NCBI RefSeq assembly: GCF_001194135.2
Contig: NC_068982.1
Location: 179,871,925-179,918,084, forward strand
DNA: 46,160 nucleotides
Direction of reading: 5' to 3'
Origin: Octopus bimaculoides
Taxonomy: Eukaryota
Part shown: piece by piece, positions 11,061 to 23,229 of the stretch
Layout of the letters: each line of letters begins with the position of its first letter
Numbering within the stretch: position 1 is the stretch's first letter
Program-made: the position numbers and the translations under genes
Notes under the pieces: model-generated
Told to the model about the DNA's origin: nothing
The model's database searches: none
What the model saw: only the letters and a program-made list of their open reading frames with translations

Positions 11061-11729
11061 AATGGGTGTAGAATGAAGAGAGATAAGAAATGATAGAAGG
11101 ACAACAGCAGGTGACTTGTTGAAGAGGTGAATATGTGGCTTGCCCACCTGGAGAGATAGAAGAGAGAAATAAATAAACATGAGGTCAAAGTACATGTACA
11201 CACGCACTCACACACAAACACACACACACACACAAGCATATACAAACATATACACACATATCTAGATACGTGTATGTAGTTAAGTATATTAAATTTCTTC
11301 TTAACTACACAGTCATGTTTGCACTAATGGTTCAGGTGTGGCTATGTTGTTAAGATATCTAACGATTTGCTAATCCGCACTATACATTGCAATGGATGTA
11401 TGCAGTGTGTCTTTATATCTAATATGAATAGGAAAAGACAAAACAACTGCACAAGCATGATTCAGTCCTGCACGAGATTTCATCAACAGCAGTGTACTCT
11501 TTCTAATTATTGTCTCTAGTACATTATAGCAATGAAACAAAGCTTTGTTAATGCATCAGTAATATAATAATCAAACTAGCTGCTAGAAAGAAATTGATAA
11601 ATTTGTATATTGTTATACTTGGGACTAGTCATATTTTGCCAATTAAACACACATACTATATGTTTGATGTTTGGACTTTATTTCAGTTTCACTATTATTA
11701 CTTTCATTTCTTTTGTCAAAACACTTTCA

Positions 11730-11825
11730 TCACACATCCTGTGACCTCTTCAGTGGCTCTTTATTCCAATGACAGTCGCTAAGTTTAACAATATCTTTTC
11801 CAAAACACAATTTCACATCAAGAAT
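11730..11825 (-). CDS. Candidate coding exon (phase 0 start)
   Basis: Acceptor TATTTGCTTTACCAG, then ILDVKLCFGKDIVKLSDCHWNKEPLKRSQDV and a stop. Only a weak internal donor. Confidence 0.3.
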   Translation of the reverse strand: MLDVKLCFGKDIVKLSDCHWNKEPLKRSQDV

Positions 11826-11907
11826 CTGGTAAAGCAAATATATAGATATAAGATAAATTTGTTATTTGATGTATTCACTTTGCATTAACCCTAGTTAAAG
11901 ATGGTGA

Positions 11908-12290
11908 AGGTGCAATGACCCAGTGGTTAGGGCAGCGGACTCGCAGTCATAGGATCGCAGTTTTGATTCCCAGATCGGGCGTTGTGAGTGTTTATTGAGC
12001 ATAAACACCTAAAGCTCCAGGAGGCTCCGGCAAGGGATGGTGGCGAACCCTGCTGTACTCTTTCGCCACAACTTTCTCTCACTCTTACTTCCTGTTTCTG
12101 TTGTGCCTGTAATTCAAAGGGTCAGACTTGTCACACTGTGTCACGCTGAATATCCCCAAGAACTACGTTAAGGGTACACGTATCTGTGGAGTGCTCAGCC
12201 ACTTGCATGTTAATTTCATGAGCAGGCTGTTCCGTTGATCGGATCAACTAGGAACCCTCGACATTGTAAGCGACGGAGTGCCAACACAGT
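11908..12290 (+). mobile_element. tRNA-derived SINE (family B), near full length
   Basis: Box A TGACCCAGTGG and box B-like GTTTTGATTCCC in a tRNA-like head. Partial relatives at 25178-25300 (+) and 29120-29205 (-). Confidence 0.85.
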
Positions 12291-12496
12291 TAAAGGTGGT
12301 ACATAGCTGCTGACAAGTCATATGCAAAACCTGTAGCTGTTTCCCTTTTTCTGCTTACATACATATTGTACTGATGGATTGTTAACAGTCATTGTAAAAT
12401 AAAGTGTTGGTTAAAAAAAACCCTCAAAATGAGGCTATGTTTTATAATACATTATAACAATGAAACTAAAGACTGTTAACACGCTAATAATTTAAT

Positions 12497-12715
12497 AGTC
12501 GAGCTGGAAGATTTGTTGCCTTGCTGATCAAAATTCCTAGCGGCAATTGGTCCATCTTTACATTCTCAGTTCAAATTCCATAGAAGTTAACTTTGCCTTT
12601 CATCTTTTTGGGGTCGATAAAATAAAGTATCAGTCAAGCAATGGGGGTTGATGTAATTGACTCACTCCCTAATCTGAAATTGCTGGCCTTGTGCCAAAAT
12701 TTAAAATCAATTTAA
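12497..12715 (+). mobile_element. SINE family A copy
   Basis: GAGCTGGAAGA head and GCCTTTCATCTTTTTGGGGTCGATAAAATAAAGTA core. Confidence 0.8.
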
Positions 12716-12729
12716 TAATTGTTTCTACA

Positions 12730-12895
12730 CTCTTGGAGTGGTTGGCATTAGGAAGGGCATCCAGCTGTAGAAACTCTGCCAAATCAGATTGGAGCCTGGT
12801 GTAGCCATCTGGTTCACCAGTCCTCAGTCAAATCGTCCAGCCCATGCCAGCATGGAAAGCGGACATTAAACAATGATGATGATGATGATGATGAA
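12730..12895 (+). mobile_element. RTE 3' end with (ATG)n tail
   Basis: Reverse complement of 1660-1825. Further copies at 13310-13550 (-), 14805-14905 (+), 29212-29318 (+), 30160-30305 (-), 31190-31320 (+). Confidence 0.9.
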
Positions 12896-14284
12896 TTGCA
12901 CTAGCTGTCTTGAAAGTGTTAAATGAGCAGAGTTTCAGAATAGCTGTCCTACATAAGTTGAATTTTCATTGTCTTTACTAGAATTTCTCAATTGTTTTTT
13001 TGTGTGTACCAAAATGATGTAGTAGGTTTTTTCTAAAAAAAAAGAAAAAAATGTCCAAATCTGTAATTTGTTTTAGACATTGTCCTGTCCTCCCCTGTCC
13101 CTTCCCCTAAAACAGCACCACTTAAATAATTTTCTTTCTCGTTATTTTTAGTAATTTTATTGACTTCAACATTCTGAAACATTTGAAATAAAACAAAATG
13201 CAATTTCTTACACACTCTCCTTCATCAAACCCTTCACCATAAAAAAAAAAAAAACAGACTCCACAAGTTGATGTGTGAAAAATGAATCAGAATTTTAAAA
13301 GAACTACCATCATCCTCATCATCATTTAGTGTCCATTTTCCATGCTGGCATGGGTTAGATGTTTTGACTTGCACTGGTAAGCTTGAGAGCTGTACCAGGT
13401 TCCAATCTGTTTTGGCTTGGCTTCTACAGATGGATGCCCTTCCTAAAGCAAGCACTCCAAGAGTGTAGTGGGTGCCTTTTATGTGTCACTGGTATGGGTG
13501 CCTCTTATGTGCCACCAGCACTGGCCATGTCTACGACTTCACTTGGCTTAAGACAATAATTTCAGCCATTTAAAATGTAGAAAAGAATATCTTTAATTGG
13601 AGAAAAGTACAATGGGGGCAAAAATATTGCTTGTTTTCCCCTCTGTCTATCATAGCAACAGTTTGTCCCAGCAGCACCTTGTCTTAAGTAAAACCTTATA
13701 TTTTTGTTTGTCTTGTGTGGAAGATGAAGAAATAGCATGTAAAATTAAATTTGATGAGAATTGTATCAACTTAAACCAGGTAAATGTTAATATATTCTTA
13801 TTTACCTCTTGGTTTAATTTCTACACTGCATAGAAAAAAGAATGTCTTTATAATATGAGAAAATATAAAAGAAAAATAACAAAAAAAGAAACAAAAAAAG
13901 AAATTTATTTGTGAAAGTTACAATGGAGGGAGGGGGTTAAGAATTTTTGTTTTGTTTTAAATCTGAATTTCAAGTGTTTCAGATTGTGGAATGCAATAAA
14001 ATGACTGATAATAATTAAAAAAGAACCATTTTAATGGTGGATGCTGTTTGGGGAGTAGGGAGGACACATTAAAAATATATGGATTTAGAAATATTTTTTG
14101 TCTAAAAGTTTGGATTACATGTTTCAGAATGTGGAATATAATAACAAGAAGGTTGGGTAGAGGGAAACATTTGCTTAATGATAATTTCTGACACGAAGGT
14201 ACAAGGGAGGGAGGTGGGGGTTGTGAAATGGGTGACATTATAAGTAAAATTAGGATTAAAAAAATTTGTTGAGAAAAGACTTAC

Positions 14285-14331
14285 CCAATCATATTTCAGT
14301 GTTTTGTGCAAAAAAAACTTTGATATCTCCC
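14285..14331 (-). CDS. Candidate 47-nt coding exon (phase 1 to 0)
   Basis: Acceptor TTTTCTCTATTTCTGCAG and donor TGG|GTAAGT. Only one frame is open: (G)EISKFFLHKTLKYDW. Confidence 0.4.
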
Positions 14332-14409
14332 CTGCAGAAATAGAGAAAATTCAACTGATGTGGAATAGCTATTCTGAGACTCCATCATTAAATATGCAAA
14401 ATGGTCTAC

Positions 14410-14585
14410 CTAGCTGATATCTAATATTAACCAGTGCATTCATAGAATGTCGGAGAATGTACACACATACTGATGAAATCCCAAACAATACTAAAATATC
14501 TATGTACATCTGTTCTTTCTTTTCTGTCCACAAACATATTGTTATTATAACGATGTATTCTTTACATTCATTATAACATATGACT
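14410..14585 (-). CDS. Candidate coding exon (phase 2 to 1)
   Basis: Acceptor TTTCTACAG, 58 open codons VICYNECKEY..LFGISSVCVYILRHSMNALVNIRYQL, donor AG|GTAGAC. A 78-nt intron to the 14331 exon has matching phase. Confidence 0.3.
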
Positions 14586-14639
14586 CTGTAGAAACGTTCT
14601 ACAACACAGTGTGTGTGTGTGCGTTTCCAATATATTATA

Positions 14640-14770
14640 CAGGACCAATGATGTTGTTCCTGTGGCAAACAGTTGTTCTAAGTCACCTGAATTACTGCAA
14701 TCCAATGTTGTTACAAGAAGAAGATTGTCTAAGTGCAACATGCAAGCTATTGAGAGAGGCTAAAAGAACT
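14640..14770 (+). mobile_element. Very old CR1/L2/Jockey-like RT C-terminal remnant
   Basis: LWQTVVLSHLNYCNP resembles the L..S.V.S.L.YC...W motif downstream of LINE RT. Confidence 0.35.
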
Positions 14771-14974
14771 GATGCTTTACTCCCTAGAGAGAAAACCTCA
14801 AATTTATGTGGGCTGGTTGGTGTTAGGAAGGACATCCAACCATAAAAGCCATGCCAAAATAGACACAGTGTAGTAGTTTTCTACCTGGCTGGCTCCAGTC
14901 AAACCCTCCAGGGAGTTCAGTTTCAGAATATATTTGAGTAGAGTAAAGGACAGAAAGTAATATTAACAAGTGAG

Positions 14975-15010
<36 letters not shown>

Positions 15011-15342
15011 NNNNNNNNNNGTGTGTGTGTGTGTGTGTGCGTGTGTGTGTGTGTGTGCGTGTGTGCGTGCATGTGCATGTGCATGCGCATGTGCGTTTAT
15101 AAATCGTACATGTCTATGTCATGCATGTTCTCCCTCTGGTGATTTAGAAACTTTAAATTTCACATGATTATGAAATAGTACTAATGCATGAATGTATGTA
15201 TGCATGTATGTGTGTATGTGTGTGTGTGTATGTGTGTGTGTGTGTGTGTATGTATGCCATGTTAATATTGTTGCATAAAGTAGTTATATGTGGATCAAGC
15301 GTGTATAAATAAACATTCCTTTTTGCATACTTAATTTATGTG

Positions 15343-15389
<47 letters not shown>

Positions 15390-15600
15390 TGTGTGTGTGT
15401 GTGCCTGTATCACAATCATCATCACCACCATCACCACCACCGCCACCACCATCACCACTATTTTATGTCTGTTTCTCCATATGCTGTATGGGTACCTATC
15501 TCTTGATTCTTATGCATATATATATCTATACAAGCATATACATACATATATGTAAACATATGTGCACACACATATGGAGGGCAGTATATGTGTGTGTGTG
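14975..15600. repeat. (GT)n, (GCAT)n and (CAC/CAT)n microsatellite cluster
   Basis: Visible. Confidence 0.95.
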
Positions 15601-15688
15601 GTGTACGTGTGTGTATGCAAATGTCTTTTTGTTGCCAAAACATTTTTATCATATTGTCCAATAGTAATAAAACTTTTTGCTGATGAGC

Positions 15689-15768
15689 TATTTTAATGAT
15701 GCCTACTGCTTACCCTGAGAATTTACACACGATGAGCCTGGTATGTTAGTTCATGTGATTGTGTATGC

Positions 15769-15823
<55 letters not shown>

Positions 15824-15925
15824 CATACATATATATACTCTTCAGTTACTTTAATGGTGCCTACTGCTTACCCTGAGCTTTTACACACTATGTGCCTGAT
15901 ATGTCTATTCATGTAAGTGTATATG
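15689..15925. repeat. Local ~85-bp imperfect tandem duplication separated by (TA)n
   Basis: TTTAATGATGCCTACTGCTTACCCTGAG.. (15692) and TTTAATGGTGCCTACTGCTTACCCTGAG.. (15850). Confidence 0.9.
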
Positions 15926-16059
15926 TATGAGAGTGCATATGTATGTTCTTAAAAACACAATTCAATTTCAAATTTAGTTTTGTTGTTTGTTTATTCAATA
16001 ATCTTTCCCATGAAATTTACTTATCGTAATTACTTCTGATTTAGGTACAAAGTCAGCCA

Positions 16060-16212
16060 TTTTGAGGGGAGAGGTGGGTTAATTGGTACCGTCAACCTCA
16101 ATACTTGACTGGCAGATTCGACTCCAGCAGAATCTGAACTGAAAATGTAAAGAAGCAGAAGAAACACCTCAAGGCATGTTATCCAATACTTTAATGATTC
16201 TACCAGTTCATT
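16060..16212 (-). mobile_element. Degenerate SINE family A copy
   Basis: Reverse-complement similarity to the head and core of family A. Confidence 0.55.
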
Positions 16213-17418
16213 GCCAAATATATCCTTTATATAAGGTTTTACGTTCCTGTGTTTGTTCAATATTTCCTTAACTTCCTCATCTCTATGTTAGCAGGTAGAA
16301 TGGTTATTTCCTCTTTTTTTAATAATTAATAATTAGGTTAGAAATATGAAATACTGTTTAGATATGTATTATTTTTTTGCTGACTGTATCTTGAAATGTT
16401 CTACTTTCAGTACCAAATTCATATTTGTATTGTATGTTCAAGTTGCCATGGTGTCAGCTGTCAGTCTCCTTCTAGAATATGTTGTGTCTCTAAATTTTAC
16501 CTAATGTCTTGCTATTCTTTTTTATTTTCTCATGGCTTAGGAAGGAGAGATTCTCTTGCCTTATTGCAGTCTCTATGAATTAACTTTTACAACAGCTATT
16601 TTCTAAGTGGAATGTACTTACAGTATAAACTAAAAAAAAATAGATCAAAGAATCAATCATAATATATTCCATTAATCTTGGTATAACTTCAGTAGAAGTA
16701 CTTCACTGTGATACCATAACCAACAGATTTAATCATTTATTCCTCACCAATGTTTAAATATCAATATTTTTGTGCTACTATGGGTTAAACAGGTCTAGCA
16801 TACAGTATATCTATTTAGCAAAGTCATCAGTAATTATGAGATTGGATGACTTGCAGTATTTGTTGTAATTCTTTGTGTCCTGTGTTCAAATTCTGCCATA
16901 GTATATTTGGGTGGTATGTATAGTCTGTTGCCCAGTTTAACCTCACAATCTTAAGTGGAGTCCACTCTGTTGCAGACATTCAGACTAAGTCTCCAGTTTG
17001 GGGGTATCTTCTCTCCTTTGAGGCTCAGAGACCCTGTAGAAAGTCAGGCACTACTTTGACTCCAAAGTAAATGATAAAAAGCAGAAACAATAGAACTTCT
17101 AAATGGAAGTGCCATCTCTTTCATCTGTTAAAGAATTAGACTTAATAGAAAAATGGTCACTAGCATACATGGTGTGGTAAACCAAGAAATTATAATCAAT
17201 TAAAATTTCATGTTAAAAAACTAATTCTAATAAAAAATGCCATCATCCTTTGATAAAACCATTAATCTGTATTTCAAGATCTCAAATATTGGTTTCTGAC
17301 TTCTCATTAGATTTTCAACATTCATTTCTTTGATTAAGCTGACTGCTATCAAATTATTTTCATCTGTTGATATTACAGACACATACAGTATAGAGGTATC
17401 AATGTACTGTTTTACAGG

Positions 17419-17631
17419 CGAGCTGGCAGAAGAAACGTTAGCATGCCGGGCAAAATGCTTAATGGTATTTCGCTTGTCTTTATGTTCTGAGTTCAAATTC
17501 CACCGAGGTCGACTTTGCCTTTCATTCTATTGAGGTCGATAAACTAAGTACCAGTTGCATACTGGGGTCAACCTAATCGACTGGCACCCCTCCCCCCAAA
17601 TTTCGGACCCTGTGCCTAGAGTAGAAAAGAA
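17419..17631 (+). mobile_element. SINE family A, well-preserved copy
   Basis: GGCGAGCTGGCAGAA..TTAGC head, GAGTTCAAATTCC box B, GAGGTCGACTTTGCCTTTCATTC..GAGGTCGATAAACTAAGTACCAG core (resembles the conserved central domain of invertebrate Meta-type SINEs). Confidence 0.9.
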
Positions 17632-18214
17632 TCTGATTATTTATGAAGACAGGGAAAAGTAGTGGGCCAAATACCTCTGGGATTGCTAGATTGACTGGAT
17701 GTCCAGAAACCAATATTTGAGCCATTAATACACAATACAATGGTTTTGTCAAGGGAATTTATTAAAAAGGAATTCTAAGTTTTTTTATGACAAAAGAACA
17801 TGGAATTCTGGTTGAATCTTTGAGAGAAGGCTGGAGTGGGCAGAACAAGTTTCTATAGAATACAACAGAGGTGTATAGAGGCTTAAGGCACTGTGTAAAC
17901 CAATAAGGATAAAGATTCAACATCTACAAAATTGAAATGCAAGTCATTATTGAGTATGCTTGTCTATCCTGGATCAATGCTTCACATAAAACAAACCTCA
18001 AGGTCATGGCCCAAACCTGACAAGGTCATTGTCATTCATGAAATTAGGACATTGAAACAGCATGGCCACAGTCAAATGACTGAAAGAAGTAAAAGATAAA
18101 AAATAAAGGATAACTCACAATCAATAGCCAAAGAACTTGCCTTCAACAGTAAAAAAAAACTCACTATTAACAGCCAAAATATTGCTATCAACAGCCTAAA
18201 GATTCACCACCAAT

Positions 18215-18516
18215 GGGCATATGACATAGTGGTGAAGACCGTGGACTACTAACCCCAAGATTCCAAGTTCGATTCCAAGCAGTGACCTGAACAATAACAT
18301 TAATAATAATAATGATAATAGTAATAACATTGAAAAATACCTTAGGAATGAGAAGCCAGGTTTGAAATTTCCCCAAGACACCTGAAGAAGGCTGGAGGGT
18401 ATATCAGCCGAAACATGTTAACAACAAACAAGATGAGGACAAATATCTGTCGAATGTAAATAATGTAAATTATGTAAATAATGTACATAATTCCTCATCT
18501 CTTAAATATAGAACTG
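18215..18516 (+). mobile_element. tRNA-headed SINE (family C) containing a hammerhead-like motif
   Basis: Box A TGACATAGTGG (18222-18232), box B AGTTCGATTCC (18266-18276), (AAT)n spacer, then the hammerhead core at 18382-18419. Confidence 0.8.
18377..18419 (+). ncRNA. Minimal type I hammerhead-like ribozyme, helix I damaged
   Basis: CTGAAGA-A-GGCTG[gagggtatat]CAGCC-GAAA-CATG-TT. Helix III palindrome ACATGT. The downstream helix I strand does not pair with upstream GACAC. Confidence 0.6.
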
Positions 18517-19552
18517 TATCCAAATGACTTTCAACAACAATTAAAACACTCACCTTCAACAAACTAAAGACATGCCACCAGCAGCCAAAAACTGACTGCC
18601 AACTATGTAAAAACTTGTCATCAAAATCCAAAAGACCCACCATCAACAAACAGAAGATTAACAGTCAACAGATAAAACACTTGTCCTGTGACTTAATATC
18701 AAGAGCTATAAGTTTTGTCAACTGACAAAAGACATGCCAACTACTGACATAAGACTTGCCAAAAATAGCTTCCACCACAGGAAATAGGTTACTTCAAAAA
18801 TAGTACTTTTAAAATGCACACAAAGATATAGTGCTGAGGTTGTATGAAAGGTGCCTGTTTTATGAGAAGCAATAATTTTATTCTTACACACACACACACA
18901 CTCAAAGTCCATGTTGTCATGTTGGATACGAAGACTATACTTTAGGCAAGATCTTTATGTAGCATGTAACTTAAAATCTTTTCTCTCATTCCTCAATATC
19001 TTGTGATTTCAACTCACCATTTCTTCATATATCTTACTTGTTCTCTCCACTAATTAAGACTTTTATACCATAACAACACACAATTTAGAAATTTCCAATA
19101 CTGAAATCTCATTTCATAAGATTTCTCCCCACTGTTGCTTGGTTGACCATTCAGGATGAACAAACAAGGTAACTTGAGTTCAACAATCCACACAAGATAA
19201 TCCAACACTGAAGAAATATCTAAATAATTGATGAAATGTAATGGAAAGGATATTATTAAATGAACAACTAACCATTCTTATTGAATGAGTGACCGATCTC
19301 TTTCTCTGACCTGACACTGGAAATGCTACCAGACATAGCAAAACTACAGAGAGACACAGTGTTTTAGTAATTATCGACTATGTTTGATGCCATTAGAAAA
19401 CAGTATTGGCTTGAATGAATGATTCTTTCTTCCTATTGTTTCCATTAACATATTTAGAACACGTTACAGATTGTTCTATTTATCCCCCACTAAATCAATA
19501 TAAAACTGAAATAAATATAAGAATATTTGGCCGATGAAATATTGGTCTGATA

Positions 19553-19622
19553 ATGTTTTCTTGTTGATAGACATGTTTTCTTGTTGATAGACATGTTTTC
19601 TTGTTGATAGACATGTTTTCTT
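19553..19622. repeat. Perfect 20-bp tandem repeat x3.5
   Basis: Unit ATGTTTTCTTGTTGATAGAC. Confidence 0.97.
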
Positions 19623-19824
19623 TCCCTACCTCTAAGTGCAGAATACACTCAATCTCATTAGTAAAATAGTTGAAATAACTATAGCTTTTCTTGCCCTTCA
19701 TGACCTAATTATGTGACCCATTGACTGAAATGTTGACACACAATATTCTCAAGTTTTGGATGGTTGACTAAACTCATTTGAATGTTGTCTAAACCTTAGA
19801 TGTTCTTTCTCTGATACACCTTAC

Positions 19825-19864
19825 TTTGCCTTCTTGTTCAGGCCCACTGCATCTTTTATTATAC
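19825..19864 (-). CDS. Candidate 40-nt coding exon (phase 1 to 2)
   Basis: Acceptor TTAACTGTTTGACAG and donor AAA|GTAAGG. Reads (G)IIKDAVGLNKKA. Confidence 0.35.
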
Positions 19865-19997
19865 CTGTCAAACAGTTAAGTACATAAACACACCCACACA
19901 TACATTTATGCACATATAACTAGACAAAGTGACAGACACATTGAAAGATGTATAGAGAAATAGACAAACTGATATACGGATAGTTTATTTGATACAC

Positions 19998-19999
19998 AG

Positions 20000-20096
<97 letters not shown>

Positions 20097-20135
20097 CATA
20101 CATACATAACATATATATATTATTTATATTATTAT
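19998..20135. repeat. (TCTA)n + (TA)n microsatellite
   Basis: Visible. Confidence 0.97.
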
Positions 20136-20784
20136 TTAATTGAACGGCACGCATCCATTTCCAAATCAGTTCATCTTAACCTTTTTGATGCGACTCTACT
20201 CTATACTGTTTTCTCCCCCATCTTTCTCTAATTCCCTTTTTCTCCCCTTCACCATTTTCTATCAGTCTATCTCTCTTTTTTCCTTTTTCTTCCTTTTCTC
20301 TCTCTCGTTGCTCACACATGACCATCGTACATCTTTCTTTTCCTACACAATGTTCTAAGGACTGGATGTCTTCTATTTCTTGCTCCTATCTTTTCCCATT
20401 TCAAAGAAAATATTTCTTCCAGCATTCACTATTTCTCCCCTCGTTCTGGTCTAATGACCCTCCGTGTTTGTTTTCATTCAGTTTCCTTGTATGTCTCCAC
20501 TGTCCTCTTTTCGTACCCAACTTTGACCCTTTATAAAATCCAAAATTTATTTTGGAAGTTATGGGAGCAACTGTCTTTGAAGACTCATATTGTTGTTGAA
20601 TGCTTGAAATGAGGAGTAGATAAACAGCTGATAACTGATGAAGGGTCGTTCTTTGTGTTACTTATCCTGTTTTTAATTTTTTTCTCTTGTTGTTTACATA
20701 TTTAACTTGCTTTTTTTCTTACTTCATGTTGTTTACAGTTGGTGACGTCCTGTACCCATAAATGCATATATATATATCCTGCTC

Positions 20785-21362
20785 CTCCTCCTCCTCATCA
20801 TTGTTTAACGTCCGCTTTCCATGCTAGCATGGGTTGGACGATTTGACTGAGGACTGGTGAACCGGATGGCTGCACCGGGCTCCAATCTGATCTGGCAGAG
20901 TTTCTACAGCTGAATGCCCTTCCTAATGCCAACCACTCCGAGAGTGTAGTGGGTGCTTTCACTTGCCACTGGCACGAGGGCAATTCAGGTGGTACTGGCA
21001 ATGGCCATGCTCAAAATGGTGTTTTTTATGTGCCACCTGCACAGGAGCCAGTCCAGCGGCACTGGCAACGACCTCACTTGAATGTCTTCTAGCGTGCCAC
21101 CGGCACAAGTGCCAGTAGGTTGACATTGGTAATGATCACGCTCAAATGATGCTATTTACGTGCCACTAGCACGGAAGCCAGACAGCTGCTCTGGCAATGA
21201 TCATGCTCAGACGGTGCTGTTAGTTCTCCACTGGCACAGGTGCCAGTCATCGAATATGGTTCAATTACGATTTTGATTTCACTTGCCCCAACAGGTCTTC
21301 ACAAGCAGAGTTTAGTGTCCACTGAAGGAGAGGTTGGCATGGTCGTCGAATTTGGTTTGATT
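20785..21362 (-). mobile_element. RTE 3' UTR, long copy with internal subrepeats
   Basis: Colinear with 1681-2100, with additional GCCAG..CTGGC units. Confidence 0.9.
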
Positions 21363-21363
21363 T

Positions 21364-21405
<42 letters not shown>

Positions 21406-21764
21406 ATAGTGTGTTATGAGAATATACGCAAAGGTATCCCATAGAGACTTTTTACCAGTATGTTAAAAAATGGAGAAGAGAAGATGTTAAAATTTAAAAG
21501 AATTTTAATACATGCATGCAATCGTTTTGAACAGTGATATTAACATGTTAATAACTTAGTAGAATAATTAAAACTAATTTTATTAGATTAAATTAATTAT
21601 ATATCACTGTTCTCTTCAGTACAAGTAGTATACAATGGGAATTATTATTATTACAGAAGACTTGATGAAGGAAATTGTAGATAACAAATTCGGATATACA
21701 TATTTTATCCTTATGAAAAATTGAGAGCAATGTTGTTGAGTCTAATTGTGTATAAACTAAAACT

Positions 21765-22020
21765 AAAATTGCAACTCTTCTGGACAGCCACCTTGTTTAA
21801 GTTGGTGAATGCTGCTATAATCCTTGCCTTCAGTTCATCTTTGGTATTACAAGGAGGTTTGTTAGTTTCTTGCTCAACTGTGCCCCACACATAATAAAGA
21901 GGGTTGCAGTCTGGGGAGTTAGGTAGCAAGATGTTAGGGATGATGTGGTCACAGAAATTGTCTGACAGCCATGTCTGGGTTCTCCTGCTTGTGTAGCATG
22001 GTGCAGAGACCTGTTGCCAG
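21765..22020 (-). mobile_element. Dead Tc1/mariner-superfamily transposase C-terminal fragment (DD37D/maT-like)
   Basis: WQQVSAPCYTS..WLSDNFCDHIIPNILLPNSPDCNPLYYVWGTVEQETNKPPCNTKDELKARI. The QQDxAP Asp is mutated to V and the Asp of NPLDY is missing. Confidence 0.9.
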
Positions 22021-22537
22021 NNNNNNNNNNNNNNNNNNNNNNNNNNNNNNNNNNNNNNNNNNNNNNNNNNNNNNNNNNNNNNNNNNNNNNNNNNNNNNNN
22101 NNNNNNNNNNNNNNNNNNNNNNNNNNNNNNNNNNNNNNNNNNNNNNNNNNNNNNNNNNNNNNNNNNNNNNNNNNNNNNNNNNNNNNNNNNNNNNNNNNNN
22201 NNNNNNNNNNNNNNNNNNNNNNNNNNNNNNNNNNNNNNNNNNNNNNNNNNNNNNNNNNNNNNNNNNNNNNNNNNNNNNNNNNNNNNNNNNNNNNNNNNNN
22301 NNNNNNNNNNNNNNNNNNNNNNNNNNNNNNNNNNNNNNNNNNNNNNNNNNNNNNNNNNNNNNNNNNNNNNNNNNNNNNNNNNNNNNNNNNNNNNNNNNNN
22401 NNNNNNNNNNNNNNNNNNNNNNNNNNNNNNNNNNNNNNNNNNNNNNNNNNNNNNNNNNNNNNNNNNNNNNNNNNNNNNNNNNNNNNNNNNNNNNNNNNNN
22501 NNNNNNNNNNNNNNNNNNNNNNNNNNNNNNNNNNNNN

Positions 22538-22850
22538 GATAGACAGATACATCCATACATATACATACATACATACATACATACATGCATGCATGCATGC
22601 ATGCATATATACATACGTGCAGACATAGAGATAATAAGTAGTTAGAGATAAATAGATTCCATAAATGAACTGGTAATAGCTAGATAAATAGATAGAGAAA
22701 TGGATACAGATAGATAGACAGACAGATTGAAAAGTAGAGACATAAAAGATATGGATAGATAAATAAATATATTGATAGATTAATAGATAGATAGATAGAT
22801 AGATAGACAGATAGACAGGCAGATAAATAGATAGAGAGATAGACAGAAGC
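22538..22850. repeat. (TACA)n, (TGCA)n, (GATA)n compound microsatellite
   Basis: Visible. Confidence 0.95.
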
Positions 22851-23229
22851 TAGTTAGGTTGAAACTGCAAACTAGATAGCTGATATATAAATATCACACC
22901 GACAGATGTCAAATATATGTGGAGAATATTATTTCAGTGTTAAAAACATTAGACTAAATTTAAAAATAGAGACAAGATTATATATGTATTTTTTCAGTAA
23001 TATTAATGTTAATATGCTTGGAGCTTTTGAAAACAAAAAAAAAAAAAAAAAAAAAAGCAAAACTCAAGAAGATGTATTCTACACGATATATGTTTATATA
23101 TGTTATTATTGAAATAAAAATAGTAATTCAGCTAAGCAATGTGGTGTAAAGATGGCAAATGAAAAGATTCTACTTCACAGCTGAAAAACCTTCATGCATG
23201 TTACATCACATTTTGTTCTGCTGCGATAC

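Larger units (their letters stand above)
18120..18770. repeat. Highly degenerate ~21-22-bp minisatellite (CAACAGCCAAAAGACTTGCCAT-like) interrupted by a SINE
   Basis: Recurring CAACAG..AAAA..GCCA units on both sides of 18215-18516. Confidence 0.55.

Noticed and set aside
11908-11985. tRNA genes at SINE heads (also 18215, 25178, 32080-32150)
   Set aside because: Boxes A and B are present, but no complete cloverleaf; each continues into a SINE body.
13806-13825. 20-nt minus-strand exon candidate (VEIKPR) with strong sites
   Set aside because: Phase incompatible with the 14285 donor. It would fit only an alternative chain, so it is left unresolved.
17760-17990. Possible LINE RT remnant (MQVIIEYACLSW; also AFASNISLL near 28757)
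   Set aside because: Only short motif-like matches, too decayed to call.
19553-19622. CRISPR-like array
   Set aside because: Spacerless tandem repeat in eukaryotic DNA.
20570-20640. TTTGAAGA..GAAAT and ACTGATGAAG hammerhead-like words
   Set aside because: Core mutated, stem II only 3 bp, helix I and III not reconstructable from this copy.
21662-21700. TTGATGA-AGGAAATTGT..ACAAATTC-GGATA possible hammerhead fossil
   Set aside because: Both conserved core strands are altered; indistinguishable from chance.
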